Positions 26,360 through 26,361 of a DNA stretch of 26,361 nucleotides are shown piece after piece. The translations under genes and the position numbers were made by a program. Source of the DNA: a virus; the IMG/VR virus record IMGVR_UViG_3300002036_000001, positions 72,506-98,866 of that record. The stretch is one strand, 5' to 3'. The notes under the pieces were generated by a model. It saw only the letters and a list, made by a program, of their open reading frames with translations. It ran no database searches and was not told where the DNA came from. Position 1 is the stretch's first letter, and every line of letters starts with the position of its first letter.

Positions 26360-26361
26360 TA
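26318..26361. repeat. 44-nt exact repeat, copy 3
   Basis: Identical to the other copies, reaching the window edge. Confidence 0.9.

Noticed and set aside
1-26361. Stop-codon reassignment as in some crAss-like phages
   Set aside because: Long conserved genes are intact in the standard code, and TAG and TGA occur at plausible gene ends.
20913-26361. 44-nt repeats as a CRISPR array or DGR template/variable repeats
   Set aside because: Copies are kilobases apart, protein-coding and identical, with no adenine-specific differences and no cas or reverse transcriptase gene in view.

Overview
Very AT-rich phage DNA with essentially all genes on the minus strand. Gene content and order suggest the replication/early block of a crAss-like (Crassvirales-type) phage of a Bacteroidota host: family A DNA polymerase, DnaB-like helicase, TOPRIM primase, SSB, AAA_24/Sak4-like ATPase and RusA-like resolvase. 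It also carries a phiEco32-type amidoligase/ATP-grasp/glutamine amidotransferase cluster and many small membrane, secreted and lipoprotein genes. Main result: the helicase gene is split inside its Walker A motif into three exons (14772-14927, a 9-nt micro-exon at 13565-13573 encoding KVG, and 10026-10997) by two back-to-back group I introns. Intron 1 (1198 nt, IA2-like) carries a GIY-YIG homing endonuclease in L1 and a 42-aa ORF in L9.1. Intron 2 (2567 nt) is a fragmented ribozyme interleaved with five ORFs, none a recognisable homing endonuclease. Four sit in separate peripheral loops and one reads through the catalytic core. Second result: an intergenic RNA at 21723-21909 resembles the uL11-binding GTPase-associated centre (H43-H44) of 23S rRNA. 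All structures were paired by eye; no searches or folding programs were run.
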